This document shows positions 10,075 to 20,716 of a stretch of 64,000 nucleotides of DNA, piece by piece; the first letter of the stretch is position 1, and every line of letters starts with the position of its first letter. A program made the position numbers and the translations under genes. The stretch lies in assembly GCA_963844715.1 (NCBI GenBank), contig CAWJPJ010000007.1, positions 1,152,001 to 1,216,000 of the forward strand. Reading direction: 5' to 3'. This DNA comes from an uncultured Phycisphaerales bacterium. Lineage in GTDB: Bacteria; Planctomycetota; Phycisphaerae; Tepidisphaerales; Tepidisphaeraceae. The notes beneath the pieces were generated by a model. It worked only from the letters and a program-made list of their open reading frames with translations, had not been told where the DNA came from and made no database searches.

Positions 10075-11859
10075 CTAAAAACCCGTGCGTTTAAATTGCT
10101 TTTCCAAGTCGTGCAATGTTAGTCGCAGCGTCGTCGGTCGGCCATGGGGGCAATTACTTCCCCGTTCCAGCAGATGCCGCCGCGCGAGCAGCGCCTCGAT
10201 TTCCGCCGCCGAAAGCGGATCGCCCGCTTTGATCGCCGCTTTGCACGCCATCATATCCAGAACTTCGTGCAGCATCTCTTCCTGATTCAGATCAAGCTGT
10301 TCCTGTTCCCCTTTTTCGAGCAGTTCGCGGAGGAAATCGATCGGATCGAGCCGATGCAAAAAGCTCGGAAACGCGTGCACTGCCACGCCATCCGGCCCGA
10401 CGGCCGCCGCTTCGATTCCCAATCGCTGCAAAAGCTCCTGCGCCTGTTCGAGTATTTCAATCTGTCGCGCCGACGCCGGAAAAGTCGCCGGAATGAGCAG
10501 CCGCTGGCTTTCCAGCGGCCCGCGATTCACGCGCACCAGCAAATCTTCATACATCACCCGTTCATGCAACGCGTGCTGATCGATAATGATCAGTCCATCT
10601 TCCGTTTCGGCCACAAGATAACTGTTGTGCAATTGCAGCGCCGGCGTAACCCCCGCATCCGCGGGTTTAATTGCCCGCGAAATCGGCGCCGAAGCAAAAG
10701 GACCCGCATTCGCCACAGGCGTTGAAAACGCAGAGGCCGAAGATTGCGATGACGTCGCCGGCGCTGCGATGGACGACGGCGACTGAAAAAACGCCGCAAG
10801 GCGCTGCCGCAACTCCACGCGTTCGGTTTCATCTTGAGCCCGGTTGAGCGAAGCGGCGGGCGAAAGATCGCTGCCGAGCAGTCTTTCGCGCACCGCCGAC
10901 AAAACCAAACCGTGAATCCGGCCGCTGTCGCGAAAGCGCACTTCCGATTTCGTGGGATGCACATTCACATCCACATCCCCCGGCGGAATCGTCAGGAAAA
11001 AAATCGCCGCCGGTTGCCGCCCCGGTTCGGTGAGTCCCCGATACGCTTCGCGCAGGCGCGTGCTGAATAAACCGATCGCGAATCCAGCGGTTGTTCAGAA
11101 AAAAGAATTGATGTTTCGGCGTCGGCCGCGCCAGTTCCGGCTTTCCGATCAAGCCTTGCAGCGAAATTTCCGCATCGCGCACGTCGATGGAAAGCGAAAG
11201 CGCCGCAAATTCCTCCGGCCACGCCGCCAGCCAGCGCGTTTTCGCATCCGTCCTTGGCAAATCGAGAACGGTTCTCCCGTTGTGAATCAATTTAAACGCA
11301 ATTTCCGGAAACGGCACGGCCAATCGGAGGATTGCGTCGCTGACATGCCCGAATTCCGTCGGTGCGCTGCGCAGAAATTTCCGTGCGCCGGGATATTGAA
11401 AAAAAGATGCCGAACCTCGATGACCGTTCCGAAATTTCCCGCCGCGGCTTGGGGCTCGTCGATGATTCCGCCGCGATTTTGGATTTCATACGCGATCTGT
11501 TCATCGCGCACGCGGGAAAGAATTCGCGATTGCGCAACCGATCCGATGCTCGCCAGCGCTTCGCCGCGAAAACCCATCGTGGAAATTCGAAAAAGATCGT
11601 CTTCGTCGTGAAGTTTGCTGGTGGCGTGCGACGCGAAAGCGAGGGGAAGCTCGGCGGCGGGGATTCCCTGGCCGTCGTCGATGACGCGGATGAGTTCGAT
11701 GCCGCCCTCCTCGATTTCGACGACAATCCGGGTCGCGCCGGCGTCGAGGGAATTTTCGACCAGTTCCTTGACGACCGAGGCGGGGCGTTCGATCACTTCG
11801 CCGGCGGCGATGCGATTGACGAGCGCGGGGGAGAGACGTTCGATGGCGTTTCGCTGCAC
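10075..11859 (-). CDS. mutL: DNA mismatch repair endonuclease MutL (frameshifts near 11380 and 11060)
   Basis: IAAGEVIERPASVVKELVENSLDAG, GFRGEALASI, DVNVHPTKSEV, DQHALHER endonuclease motif, CPHGRP. Confidence 0.96.
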
Positions 11860-11894
11860 GAGCGGGATTATAACGGAGAGAGGCGCAAATTGAT

Positions 11895-12689
11895 TCAGGT
11901 GATGGATCGGACAACACCGCCGTCGACGCGGAGGGAGGCGCCGTTGGTGGCCGAGGAGAGGGGCGAGGCGACGAACGCGACGAGATTGGCGACTTCCTCG
12001 GCGGTGGCGAAGCGTTTGATCAGGGAACTGGGGCGGATGGATTTAAAGAATTCGGTTTCGAGTTGCTTGGGCGTGATGTTTTGCTTCTCGGCGATGCCGT
12101 TGAGGAAGGAGACGGCGCCTTCCGAGGCGGTGGGGCCTGGGAGGACCGCGTTGACGGTGACGCCGGTGCCGGCGGTGGTTTCGGCCAGGCCTCGTGAGAG
12201 AGCGAGCTGGGCGGTTTTGGTCAGGCCATAGTGGATCATTTCGGCGGGGATCTGGATGCCGGATTCGCTGGAGATGAAGATGATGCGACCCCAATTCTTC
12301 GCGAGCATTTTGGGAAGATAAAAGCGGCTGAGGCGAACGCCGCTCATGACGTTGGTCTGAAAGAGTTCGTTCCACTCTTCGTCATCGATCTGCTCGAAGG
12401 AAGTGGGGCGGAAGATGCCGGCGTTGTTGACCAGGATGTCGGCATGAGGGAGTTCCTCAGTGATGCGGGAGCAGCCTTTGGCGGTGGAGACATCGGCGCC
12501 AATGCCGCTGACTTTTGCGTGGGGAGCGGCGGATCGCACGGTGGCGATCGCCTGATCGACGCGCTGGTTGGTGCGGCCGTTGAGGACGACGGTGGCGCCT
12601 TCCTTGGCCAGGAGGGTCGCGATGGCGAGGCCGATGCCTGCGGTGGAGCCGGTTACGAGGGCGATTTTGCCGGTGAGTTGGAGGTCCAA
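11895..12689 (-). CDS. Short-chain dehydrogenase/reductase
   Basis: TTG start, LDLQLTGKIALVTGSTAGIG, NNAG, YGLTK (YxxxK). Confidence 0.92.
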   Translation of the reverse strand: MDLQLTGKIALVTGSTAGIGLAIATLLAKEGATVVLNGRTNQRVDQAIATVRSAAPHAKVSGIGADVSTAKGCSRITEELPHADILVNNAGIFRPTSFEQIDDEEWNELFQTNVMSGVRLSRFYLPKMLAKNWGRIIFISSESGIQIPAEMIHYGLTKTAQLALSRGLAETTAGTGVTVNAVLPGPTASEGAVSFLNGIAEKQNITPKQLETEFFKSIRPSSLIKRFATAEEVANLVAFVASPLSSATNGASLRVDGGVVRSIT

Positions 12690-12783
12690 GGGGGTTTCCT
12701 TTCGAAAGGGCGACCATTCTAGGCCGCAAATATGGCGGGAAGTCAACAGTTTTTTCGGGACGTATTGGGCGTAGAATAAAGGG

Positions 12784-13596
12784 ATGGAGCATCTAGAGGG
12801 ACGGCAATCGATACTGGCGGCGCTGGGGCGCGGCTGCGCAAATTTGAGGTGATATTGATCGGGCACGGGGCGCATGAGTCGAAGATCCGGGACGTGCTGG
12901 CCGCGGCCGCGGCAGCGCAGGTGCCTGTGAAACGCGTGGCGCGAAGTGAACTGGATGCGATGGCGCACGGGGCGACGCATGGGGGAATCGTGGCGGTGTG
13001 CTCGAGGCAAGCCACGGACGACGGGAAAGGAACTAATGGACCTGGTTCGGGGTCTGCGGCGGGCGCCGCTGCTGCTTTTGATCGAGGGGATTGACGATGC
13101 GCGGAACCTGGGATTTACACTTCGAAGCGCGCGGGCGTTGGGGGCGGATGCGGTGTTGGTGAAGAAGCATCTTTGGGATTTTGATCCGGTGGAGGTGGCG
13201 CGGCCGGCGTCGGGGGCATATGAACAGATGCCGATGGTGCAGGTCGAGGACGAACAGATTTTGCGGGACCTCAAGCGAGAGGGGCTGCGCCTTCTGGGGT
13301 GCATCGGCGGGGCGCGGCGGAGTCTTTATGATGCGGATTTGACGCAAGGAGTCATTCTTGCGATCGGGGGAGAAAAGCGGGGATTGTCGGGGGCGGTTCG
13401 GGACCTGTGCGATGGATTGATCAGCATCCCGACGGAAGAGGGAGGGGCGTCGCTCCCGCTGTCGCATGCGGCGGCGGTTGTTTTGGCGGAAGCCCGGCGG
13501 CAAAGGCATGTTTTTAATGGGTTTGAGCGGTCGGTTCGGGTAAACTCGGGTGTTCAATCGGCGATGGTCGCCGCGGAGATGAAACAGCATGGCTAA
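12784..13596 (+). CDS. SpoU/TrmH-family RNA methyltransferase (RlmB-like, frameshifted)
   Basis: HGGIVA, LLLIEGIDDARNLGFTLRSA, IGGEKRGL, SLPLSHAAAVVL. Confidence 0.88.
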
Positions 13597-13861
13597 GGCA
13601 AATGTAGATCCTGCGGAATTGAGAAGGTTTGCCCAGGATTTGAACCGGTTTAACAACGAATTACAGGGTTTGCTTGGGAGTCTTCAGACGCGCTTGCGCG
13701 GGTTGGACTCGACGTGGCGCGATCAGGAGCAGCGGAAATTCACCGAGGCGTTCGAGCAGACGCTCAAGGCGATCGGGAAGTTTCTGGAAAGCGCGCACGA
13801 GCACGTGCAGTTCCTGAACAAGAAGGCGACCGCGGTCGAGGATTATCTGAAACAGCGGTAA
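13589..13861 (+). CDS. WXG100-family (ESAT-6-like) protein
   Basis: 90 aa; N-terminal VDPAELRRFA; helix-turn-helix with central W-R-D variant of WXG. Confidence 0.88.
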   Translation: MAKANVDPAELRRFAQDLNRFNNELQGLLGSLQTRLRGLDSTWRDQEQRKFTEAFEQTLKAIGKFLESAHEHVQFLNKKATAVEDYLKQR

Positions 13862-13888
13862 TTTTCGCGGAGTATTTCGGGAGCGATC

Positions 13889-14944
13889 ATGTCCACAGGC
13901 GCGCGCGTTGAATCGATCGACGCCATCAAAGAATTCCGCGTTTATCTGACCAAGTTCAAGGAAAACGCGGGGCTGGCGCTGGGAGACGCGGATTCAGATT
14001 TAAATAAGGTTCAGGCGTGGCTGGAAGGGGAGGCGCAGAACTATTGGACCGGGCAGATTCGCAAGCGGCAGGAGCTGGTTTCGCGGTGCGAGGAGGCGTA
14101 TCGGCAGAAGAGGATTTATAAGGATTCGAGCGGGTCGATGGCGTCGGCGGTTGACGAGCAGAAGGCGCTGGCGAACGCGAAGAAAAGCCTCACGGAGGCA
14201 CAGGAGAAATTAAAGAACGTGCAGGGGTGGAGTCGGAAGCTGCAAAAGGAAATGGTTTTGTATCGAGGCGGTGTGGCACGGTTTTCGAATGACGTGTCGG
14301 CAGGAATACCGCACGCGATTGCGCAATTGGGGGCCATGATCGAGATGCTCGAGAAATATGTCAGCATCGCAGTGGGCGAAGTTGGAGAGGGAGGAGCGGA
14401 GGGAGCGGTTGCGGGAGTGGGAGGAGAAAGCGGCGGGGCGAGGATGTCGCGATCGCCGGACGAGATGCCAGTGGCGGAGGCGAAGCCATTTGATGTCGCG
14501 GCGCTGCGAGAGGCATTGCCGAAGGACGAGGCGTTGGGAGAGCCGGTGCCGCTGGGACTGGTAACGCTTGGGGTTGGCGAGGTGAAGCCGGAGCAAAGGA
14601 GCCGGTCCGCGGGACTGCTGGTGGACGAGGGAGCGGGGGATGGGGAGACCGTGATATTGACTGGAGAATCGGCGTGGGCGGATCGGATTTTTATGGCCCG
14701 CATGGCCGATGGGCGGAAATTCGCGTGGTTTGTCGGGTCGGTCGATGCGCCGGGGGATACGGTGTACAATAAGTCGACGGTGAGCCAGCTTGAGGCTGGA
14801 AGGCCGGATATCGCCGAGCTGCTGAAACTTCCCGCCGAAACGGTCTTGATCTTCGACGGGAGCGGGCTAGCTGGTGTTTATAACTCAAGTAATGAGAATA
14901 TCTTACCGCCGCCGGCTGAAGAAGAGGGGAAAAAGGCGTCGTAG
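13889..14944 (+). CDS. Helical WXG/LXG-like N-terminal domain, Gly/Glu linker and Imm33-like C-terminal domain
   Basis: About 160-aa coiled region (WLEGEAQNYW); C-terminal IFMAR..AWFVG..VSQLEAGRPDIAELLKLP..VLIFDG. Confidence 0.65.
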   Translation: MSTGARVESIDAIKEFRVYLTKFKENAGLALGDADSDLNKVQAWLEGEAQNYWTGQIRKRQELVSRCEEAYRQKRIYKDSSGSMASAVDEQKALANAKKSLTEAQEKLKNVQGWSRKLQKEMVLYRGGVARFSNDVSAGIPHAIAQLGAMIEMLEKYVSIAVGEVGEGGAEGAVAGVGGESGGARMSRSPDEMPVAEAKPFDVAALREALPKDEALGEPVPLGLVTLGVGEVKPEQRSRSAGLLVDEGAGDGETVILTGESAWADRIFMARMADGRKFAWFVGSVDAPGDTVYNKSTVSQLEAGRPDIAELLKLPAETVLIFDGSGLAGVYNSSNENILPPPAEEEGKKAS

Positions 14945-14962
14945 AGCAACGGAGGTGTTTCC

Positions 14963-15175
14963 ATGGGCATGCACGAAGGGCGAGCGCGACTGGGAAAATC
15001 GGTCAAAGAACTGATGATGAAATGGTCGGAGGCTCAGTCGCAATGGAACGACTCGACGAGCAAGGCGTTCGAGAAGAGATTCTTGGTTCCGATCGATATG
15101 GATTCGCGTCAGGCGATCGGGGCGATGGATCAAATGGCAAACCTTCTTCAGAAGATCAAGCACGATTGCGAATGA
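14963..15175 (+). CDS. Small WXG100-like helical protein
   Basis: 70 aa; GGAGG RBS; KWSEAQSQWNDSTSKAFE central W-x-D turn. Confidence 0.7.
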   Translation: MGMHEGRARLGKSVKELMMKWSEAQSQWNDSTSKAFEKRFLVPIDMDSRQAIGAMDQMANLLQKIKHDCE

Positions 15176-15182
15176 ATTAATC

Positions 15183-18100
15183 ATGAGTACCGATTCAGCA
15201 GTGACGATGGAGAACCTACCTCCCGAACCTCCCGAGAAAGATTCGAACGGCCAGGGCAATGGCGAAGGGGAGCCGAACGAGCCGCTTCCGCCGACGAATC
15301 GGGATTTGCAGCGTGGGGCGCTTCAGGATTTGATCGATCTGGCGACGCAGTGCGCGGATCTGGAATCGCGCCTGGACAGGGAATTGAAGGGGTCGCTGGA
15401 CGACACCCAGGCGGGGAATGAGAAATCACTGGCCGATCTGGAGCGGAACTACAAGAGTCTTCAGGATCAAATCGCGCGAAATACGACGACCGGGCGGGGC
15501 AAATCGCGGCGCGGTATCAGCAGAACCAGGCGGCGCTGAAGGCGCACGATGAAACGGTCCGGCGGAAAGCGAAGAACGAATTTGAAAACGGCCAGGACGA
15601 ACTAAAAAAGAAATATGAGCAGGCGACCTGGCTGGCGGAGAGCGTGCTGGAGGCAGCGGAAGGGAAGGTCGCCGACGATCTGAAAAAAGCGCAGGAGCAG
15701 CAAAGGCAGCAGGCGGAACTGCTCGACGCGAAGGAAAACGAAGCCAAGGCGCTGCTGGATCGATACAACCAGGAGCCGCCGGCGTCGCCCGCCGCGGCGA
15801 AAAAATCGGATTCGGACGAGGCAATCGTTCCCTTCGAGGAGCAGCAGCAGGTGATCGAGCAGCAGCTCTCGCAATTGGCGGGGCTGTCGGTTCCAAATCT
15901 TTTCGTGGGGATTCGGCCTTATATTCTGGTGATTTTGCTGGTGGGTTTGTCGGTCGCGGGGCCGCAGCTTGTTCCTCCCACGCTTGATCCGCAGTGGAAA
16001 ATGCTGGGGATTTCGGTCGGATCGACGCTTGCCCTGGTGACGGTAGGGCTGCTGCTGCTGAAGGCGATGGCGCGGAAACAGGTTTTGGCGGCGTATCTGC
16101 CCCTGCGCAAGGCATTGGACGAGGCGCGGGGGATACGGATCAGTTGATGGAACGCGCCAACATGCAGCGCGAGATGGATTTGGCCAAGGCGGCAAAGCAG
16201 CACAAGGCCGAAAACCACGCGGCCCGCGACAAGGCGGCGCCGATCTTGGATAAAATGACCAAGAAGCGGGACGGGACGATCGCGGCGGCGCAAGCGGAAT
16301 TGCAGAAAAGGACTGCGGAAAACGAGTCGCAGCGCAAGTCGGGGTCGCAGGAACTGGAAGAATGGCGGACGCAGAAGCTGGCGGAACTGAAACAGAAATA
16401 CGAGACGGAACTGGCGAATATCGGTTCGCGCACGACGCAGCGGCAGGATAATCTGAAACAGCAGTTCGCATCAGACCGCGGGAATCTGGAAAAGCGCTGG
16501 CACGACGGGCTGGTGAAGATTCAGGAGCCGATTTCCGAAGAGGGGGCATCGGGCGCGCCGTGGGGTGATCCGAGCTGGGACAACTGGAAGCCGCCGACGA
16601 AGTTCCCGGCAACGATCCGGTTCGGGGAATTGCAGGTGGACTTGCAGACGATCGTGTCGGGAATCGCCAAGGAGGCGCCGTTCACGCTGCCGCTGCCGGA
16701 GACGTTTGCGGTGCCGGCGCTGATGGCGTTTCCGCGGCAGGCTTCGATGATGATCCACACGGACCGGCCCGGGCGCGCCGATTCGGTCAAGGCGATGCAG
16801 ACGGTGATGACGCGGCTGCTGACGTGCCTGCCGCCGGGGCGGGTGCATTTCACGCTGTGCGATCCAGTGGGGTTGGGCCAGAACTTTTCAGGGTTCATGC
16901 ACCTGGGGGATTTCGATGAAAAGCTGGTGGGCCCGCGGATTTGGACCGATGCCGAGCAGATCGACCAAAAGCTGGCGAATCTGACCGAGCATATGGAGAC
17001 GGTCATCCAGAAATATCTGCGCAACGAATTTGCGACGATCGACGATTACAACGCGCAGGCGGGGGAATTGGCGGAACCGTACCGGTTTCTGGTGATCGCG
17101 GATTATCCGGTGAACATCAGCGACGAAGCGTTCCGGCGGCTGAGCAGCATCGCGACGACCGGGGCGCGCTGCGGCGTGTATACGCTGATCATGCGGGACA
17201 CCCGCATTACCACCGGGGCGGGGACGCATCTGGATGATCTTCAGGCGCACAGCATCAATCTGGTGCGCGAGGGGGAGAGGTTCATCTGGGGAGACGAGGT
17301 GTTCAAGCAATTTCCTCTGTCGGTCGATGCCGCGCCGACTGACGAAGAATTGACCAAGCTATTGCATCAGGTGGGGCGCAAGGCGAAAGACGCGAGCCGC
17401 GTTGAGGTGCCGTTTACGAGCATCGCGCCGAAGCTGCCGGATTTCTGGACGCTGAAGAGTTCGAGCGATGTGCAGGTGGCGATCGGCCGCATGGGGGCGA
17501 CGCGATTGCAGATGTTCCGATTGGGCAAGGGGGTCGCCCAACATGCGCTGATCGCCGGCAAGACCGGTTCGGGTAAGTCAACGCTGCTGCACGCGCTGAT
17601 TAGCAATCTGGCGATGTGGTATTCGCCGGAGGAGATCGAGCTTTATTTGATCGACTTCAAAAAGGGCGTTGAATTCAAGACTTACGCGGCGCATCTGCTG
17701 CCGCATGCGAAGGCGATCGCCGTCGAGAGCGACCGGGAATTTGGATTGAGCGTTTTGCAGAGGCTCGACGCGGAACTGACCCGGCGCGGTAATCTTTATC
17801 GCAAATTCGGGTCGCAGGACCTGACGAGTTATCGCAAGGATTCGGGCGAAACGTTGCCGCGGACGCTGTTGATCATCGACGAATTTCAGGAATTTTTCAG
17901 CGAAGACGACAAATTGGCGGCGGACGCGTCACTGCTGATCGACCGGTTGGTGCGACAGGGTCGTGCGTTCGGAATTCACGTGATGCTGGGTTCTCAGACG
18001 ATCGGCGGATCGTCGGGGCTTTCGCGAAGCACGATCGGGCAGATCGCGGTGAGGATCGCGCTGCAAACGAGCGAGGCGGATTCGCAGATGATCCTGGGGG

Positions 18101-19167
18101 ACGGGAACTCGGCGGCGAGATTGCTGTCCCGGCCGGGCGAAGCGATTTACAACGATGCGGGGGGACTGGTGGAGGGGAATAGCCCGTTCCAGGTGGCATG
18201 GCTGCCGGATGAGCAGCGCGACGTATTTTTGGAGCAGGTGAATGAAAAAGTTCGCCAGACGGGGGTCAAGGGGAACGTGCCGATCGTCTTCGAGGGAAAT
18301 GCGCCGGCGGATATACGCAAGAATCCGCTGCTGATGGAGCGGCTTGATGCGGCGGCGTATGAGCCGCTGGTCGGCGCGCCGGTGGCGTGGCTGGGCGATC
18401 CCGTGGCGATCAAGAATCCGACGGCAGTGTCTTTCCGCCGGCAAAGCGGCGCAAGCGTGCTCATCGTCGGGCAGAACGAGGAGGCTGCGCTGGCGATGAT
18501 GTCGCAGGCGATGGTCGGGCTGGCGGCGCAGCTGTCTCCCAAGGAGGCGAGCTTTGTGATTTTGGACGGGAGTCCGGCAGATTCGCCGTCGTTCGGTGTT
18601 TTGGGGAAGGTCGCGGGGGCGCTGCCTCACGAATCGAAGAACGTGGAATATCGCGCGGTCCCGGAAGCGATTCATGAACTGGCCAAGGAATTGGCGACGC
18701 GGCACGAGTCGGATACGTCGAATCCGCCGGCGATTTTCGTGATGATATTCGGGATGCAGAGGTATCGGTCCTTGCGGAAGAGCGAGGAGTCGTTCAGCTT
18801 TTCGAGCGGGGACGAGGAGAAGCCGCCTGATCCCGGGAAGGAATTCGCGGATTTGATGCGCGACGGGCCGGCGGCGGGGATTCACATCATTTCGTGGATC
18901 GACACGGCAACGGCGCTGGACCGGGCATTGGATCGCACGGCGATGCGCGAATTCGACAATCGGATTCTGTTCCAGATGAGCGCGACGGACAGCAGCAACC
19001 TGATCGATTCGCCGGCGGCGAACAAGCTGGGGGTCAACCGAGCGATGGCCTACAGCGAAGAACAGGGAACGACGGAAAAGTTCAGGCCTTATGCGCTGGC
19101 GGATGCGGGTTGGCTGGTGGAAGTAAAGCAGAAACTGGCGGCAAAATCCGCGGCGATCAAAGCCTGA
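15183..19167 (+). CDS. EccC/EssC-like FtsK/SpoIIIE membrane ATPase (~1330 aa; frameshifts near 15480 and 16130)
   Basis: Coiled coil, two hydrophobic segments, coiled coil, degenerate ATPase-like domain, intact AGKTGSGKS/LLIIDEFQE domain (IDFK, RQGRAFGIHVML), degenerate third domain. Confidence 0.88.
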
Positions 19168-19227
19168 GTTCTTGGTTCAATTCCGTCATTTCCCGGCGGA
19201 CAAAGGGGAGAGCCCTACGGAACAGCC

Positions 19228-19644
19228 ATGCGCGCTTCCAAAATAAAACTTCCGAGTCGGCGGTATCTGGAACTGATCCGCGAATTTCCACTCCGTCCGA
19301 TCCGGACTAAGACGGAAGCGGCGGCGGCGACGGCCATTCTCGACCGCCTATTCGGCCAGCCTGACGCCGATCCGGGGCAGGAAGACTATCTGGACGTGCT
19401 CAGCGATTTGCTGGACAGCTATGAAAGCGAAAACGATGCCGATTACGACGCGGAGGCCACGGGGATTCAAGTGCTGCGCTCGCTTATTGAGGAGCATGGA
19501 ATGAGCCAGGCGACGTTGGCCGGAAAGCTCGGGGTTTCGGCGCCTACGGTGTCCCTGATTCTGTCCAGCGAGCGGCCGATCACGGCGGAGCATGCAAGGA
19601 ACCTCGGCAAGATATTTTCAATCGATCCGGGGGTGTTTATTTGA
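19228..19644 (+). CDS. HigA-like XRE-HTH antitoxin/regulator
   Basis: FPLRPIRT...DYLDVLSDLLDSYE...GMSQATLA..GVSAPTVSLILSSERPIT. Confidence 0.85.
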   Translation: MRASKIKLPSRRYLELIREFPLRPIRTKTEAAAATAILDRLFGQPDADPGQEDYLDVLSDLLDSYESENDADYDAEATGIQVLRSLIEEHGMSQATLAGKLGVSAPTVSLILSSERPITAEHARNLGKIFSIDPGVFI

Positions 19645-19669
19645 TGGGGTTGGCGCCGGGTCGCGACTA

Positions 19670-20533
19670 TCAGTCGCAGAGGCCGTAATGCGCGAAGGCG
19701 GCGCGGACGCCGTCGTTGTTGTTGGAGGGGGCGATCCAGTGGGCGGCTTGTTTGACGATTTCGTGGGCGTTGTCCATGGCGACGGCTACGCCTGAGAGTT
19801 GGAGCATGCCCACATCGTTGGGGGCGTCGCCGATGGACATCACTTCCTGCAAGGGGACTTCATAGTGCTGGGCGACGATTTGCAGGGCGGCGGCTTTGCC
19901 TACACCTCGGTCCATGATCTGCAAGAGTTGGGGATCGGTGCGGACGACGGTGACTTGCTCGTCCGCGTTCTCAGCGAGGATGGCGTTAATGGCGGTGACG
20001 GTGTTCGTCTCGCCCAGGAGCAGCAGTTTGGTGATCGGCTGGTTGCAGAATTCGTCGAGGGGGGCGATGACGTCGGGTTTGAAGAGACGGCCGGTTTCCG
20101 TGGTGTAGGTTTGCTCGAAGCGGTCGGTGAACCAGCGGTCGAGGACCTCGCAGGTGACGAGGATCTCAGGGAATCGCGTGCGGGCCAGGTCGATGATCTG
20201 GCGGACCGTTTGGCCCGGCATGGGGCGATGGTAGACCACCTGTTTGGCGGGTTCGTCCCAGATGAGGGCGCCATTGTAGTTGATCTGCCAGGTGTCGAGT
20301 CCGAGCTGGGCGTAGATGTGGCGGACGCTGCGCGGGGGGCGAGCCGAGGCGATGATGACTTTGATCCCCTGCGCCGCCAGGCCGGCGAGGGCTTCGACGG
20401 TATGGGAGCCGACGCGCTTGGCGTCGTTGAGAAGCGTGCCGTCGAGGTCAACCGCCAGAAGGCGGATGCGGCGCTCGATTTTCTTTCGAGCGGTGGGGGG
20501 AATGCGGCGTTTGGAGACCGACTGGCGCTTCAT
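19670..20533 (-). CDS. Cof-type HAD-IIB hydrolase
   Basis: AVDLDGTLL, ASARP, IGDAPNDVGML, SNNNDGV. Confidence 0.92.
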   Translation of the reverse strand: MKRQSVSKRRIPPTARKKIERRIRLLAVDLDGTLLNDAKRVGSHTVEALAGLAAQGIKVIIASARPPRSVRHIYAQLGLDTWQINYNGALIWDEPAKQVVYHRPMPGQTVRQIIDLARTRFPEILVTCEVLDRWFTDRFEQTYTTETGRLFKPDVIAPLDEFCNQPITKLLLLGETNTVTAINAILAENADEQVTVVRTDPQLLQIMDRGVGKAAALQIVAQHYEVPLQEVMSIGDAPNDVGMLQLSGVAVAMDNAHEIVKQAAHWIAPSNNNDGVRAAFAHYGLCD

Positions 20534-20716
20534 TGCTGAAAATGGTTTATCCGCGGCGGGGTAGATTTCAAGGCCGATAAACCGCGAAGCCGCGAAGTTC
20601 GCGAGGATGAAAATGATCGATTGGAAATCATGGCGGGAACGCCGGGTCTTGCCGTCTGCTTCACGTCCTTGCCGCCTCGGCGGTATAATAGGCTGTTTCC
20701 AAACGAGGAATTAGAT

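Noticed and set aside
11895..13304. 469-aa extended SDR
   Set aside because: The extension is antisense to the methyltransferase; the SDR fold starts at TTG 12689.
15183..19167. Chromosome-segregation FtsK or conjugative coupling protein
   Set aside because: No gamma domain, a multi-ATPase layout, WXG100 neighbours, and no relaxase or T4SS genes nearby.
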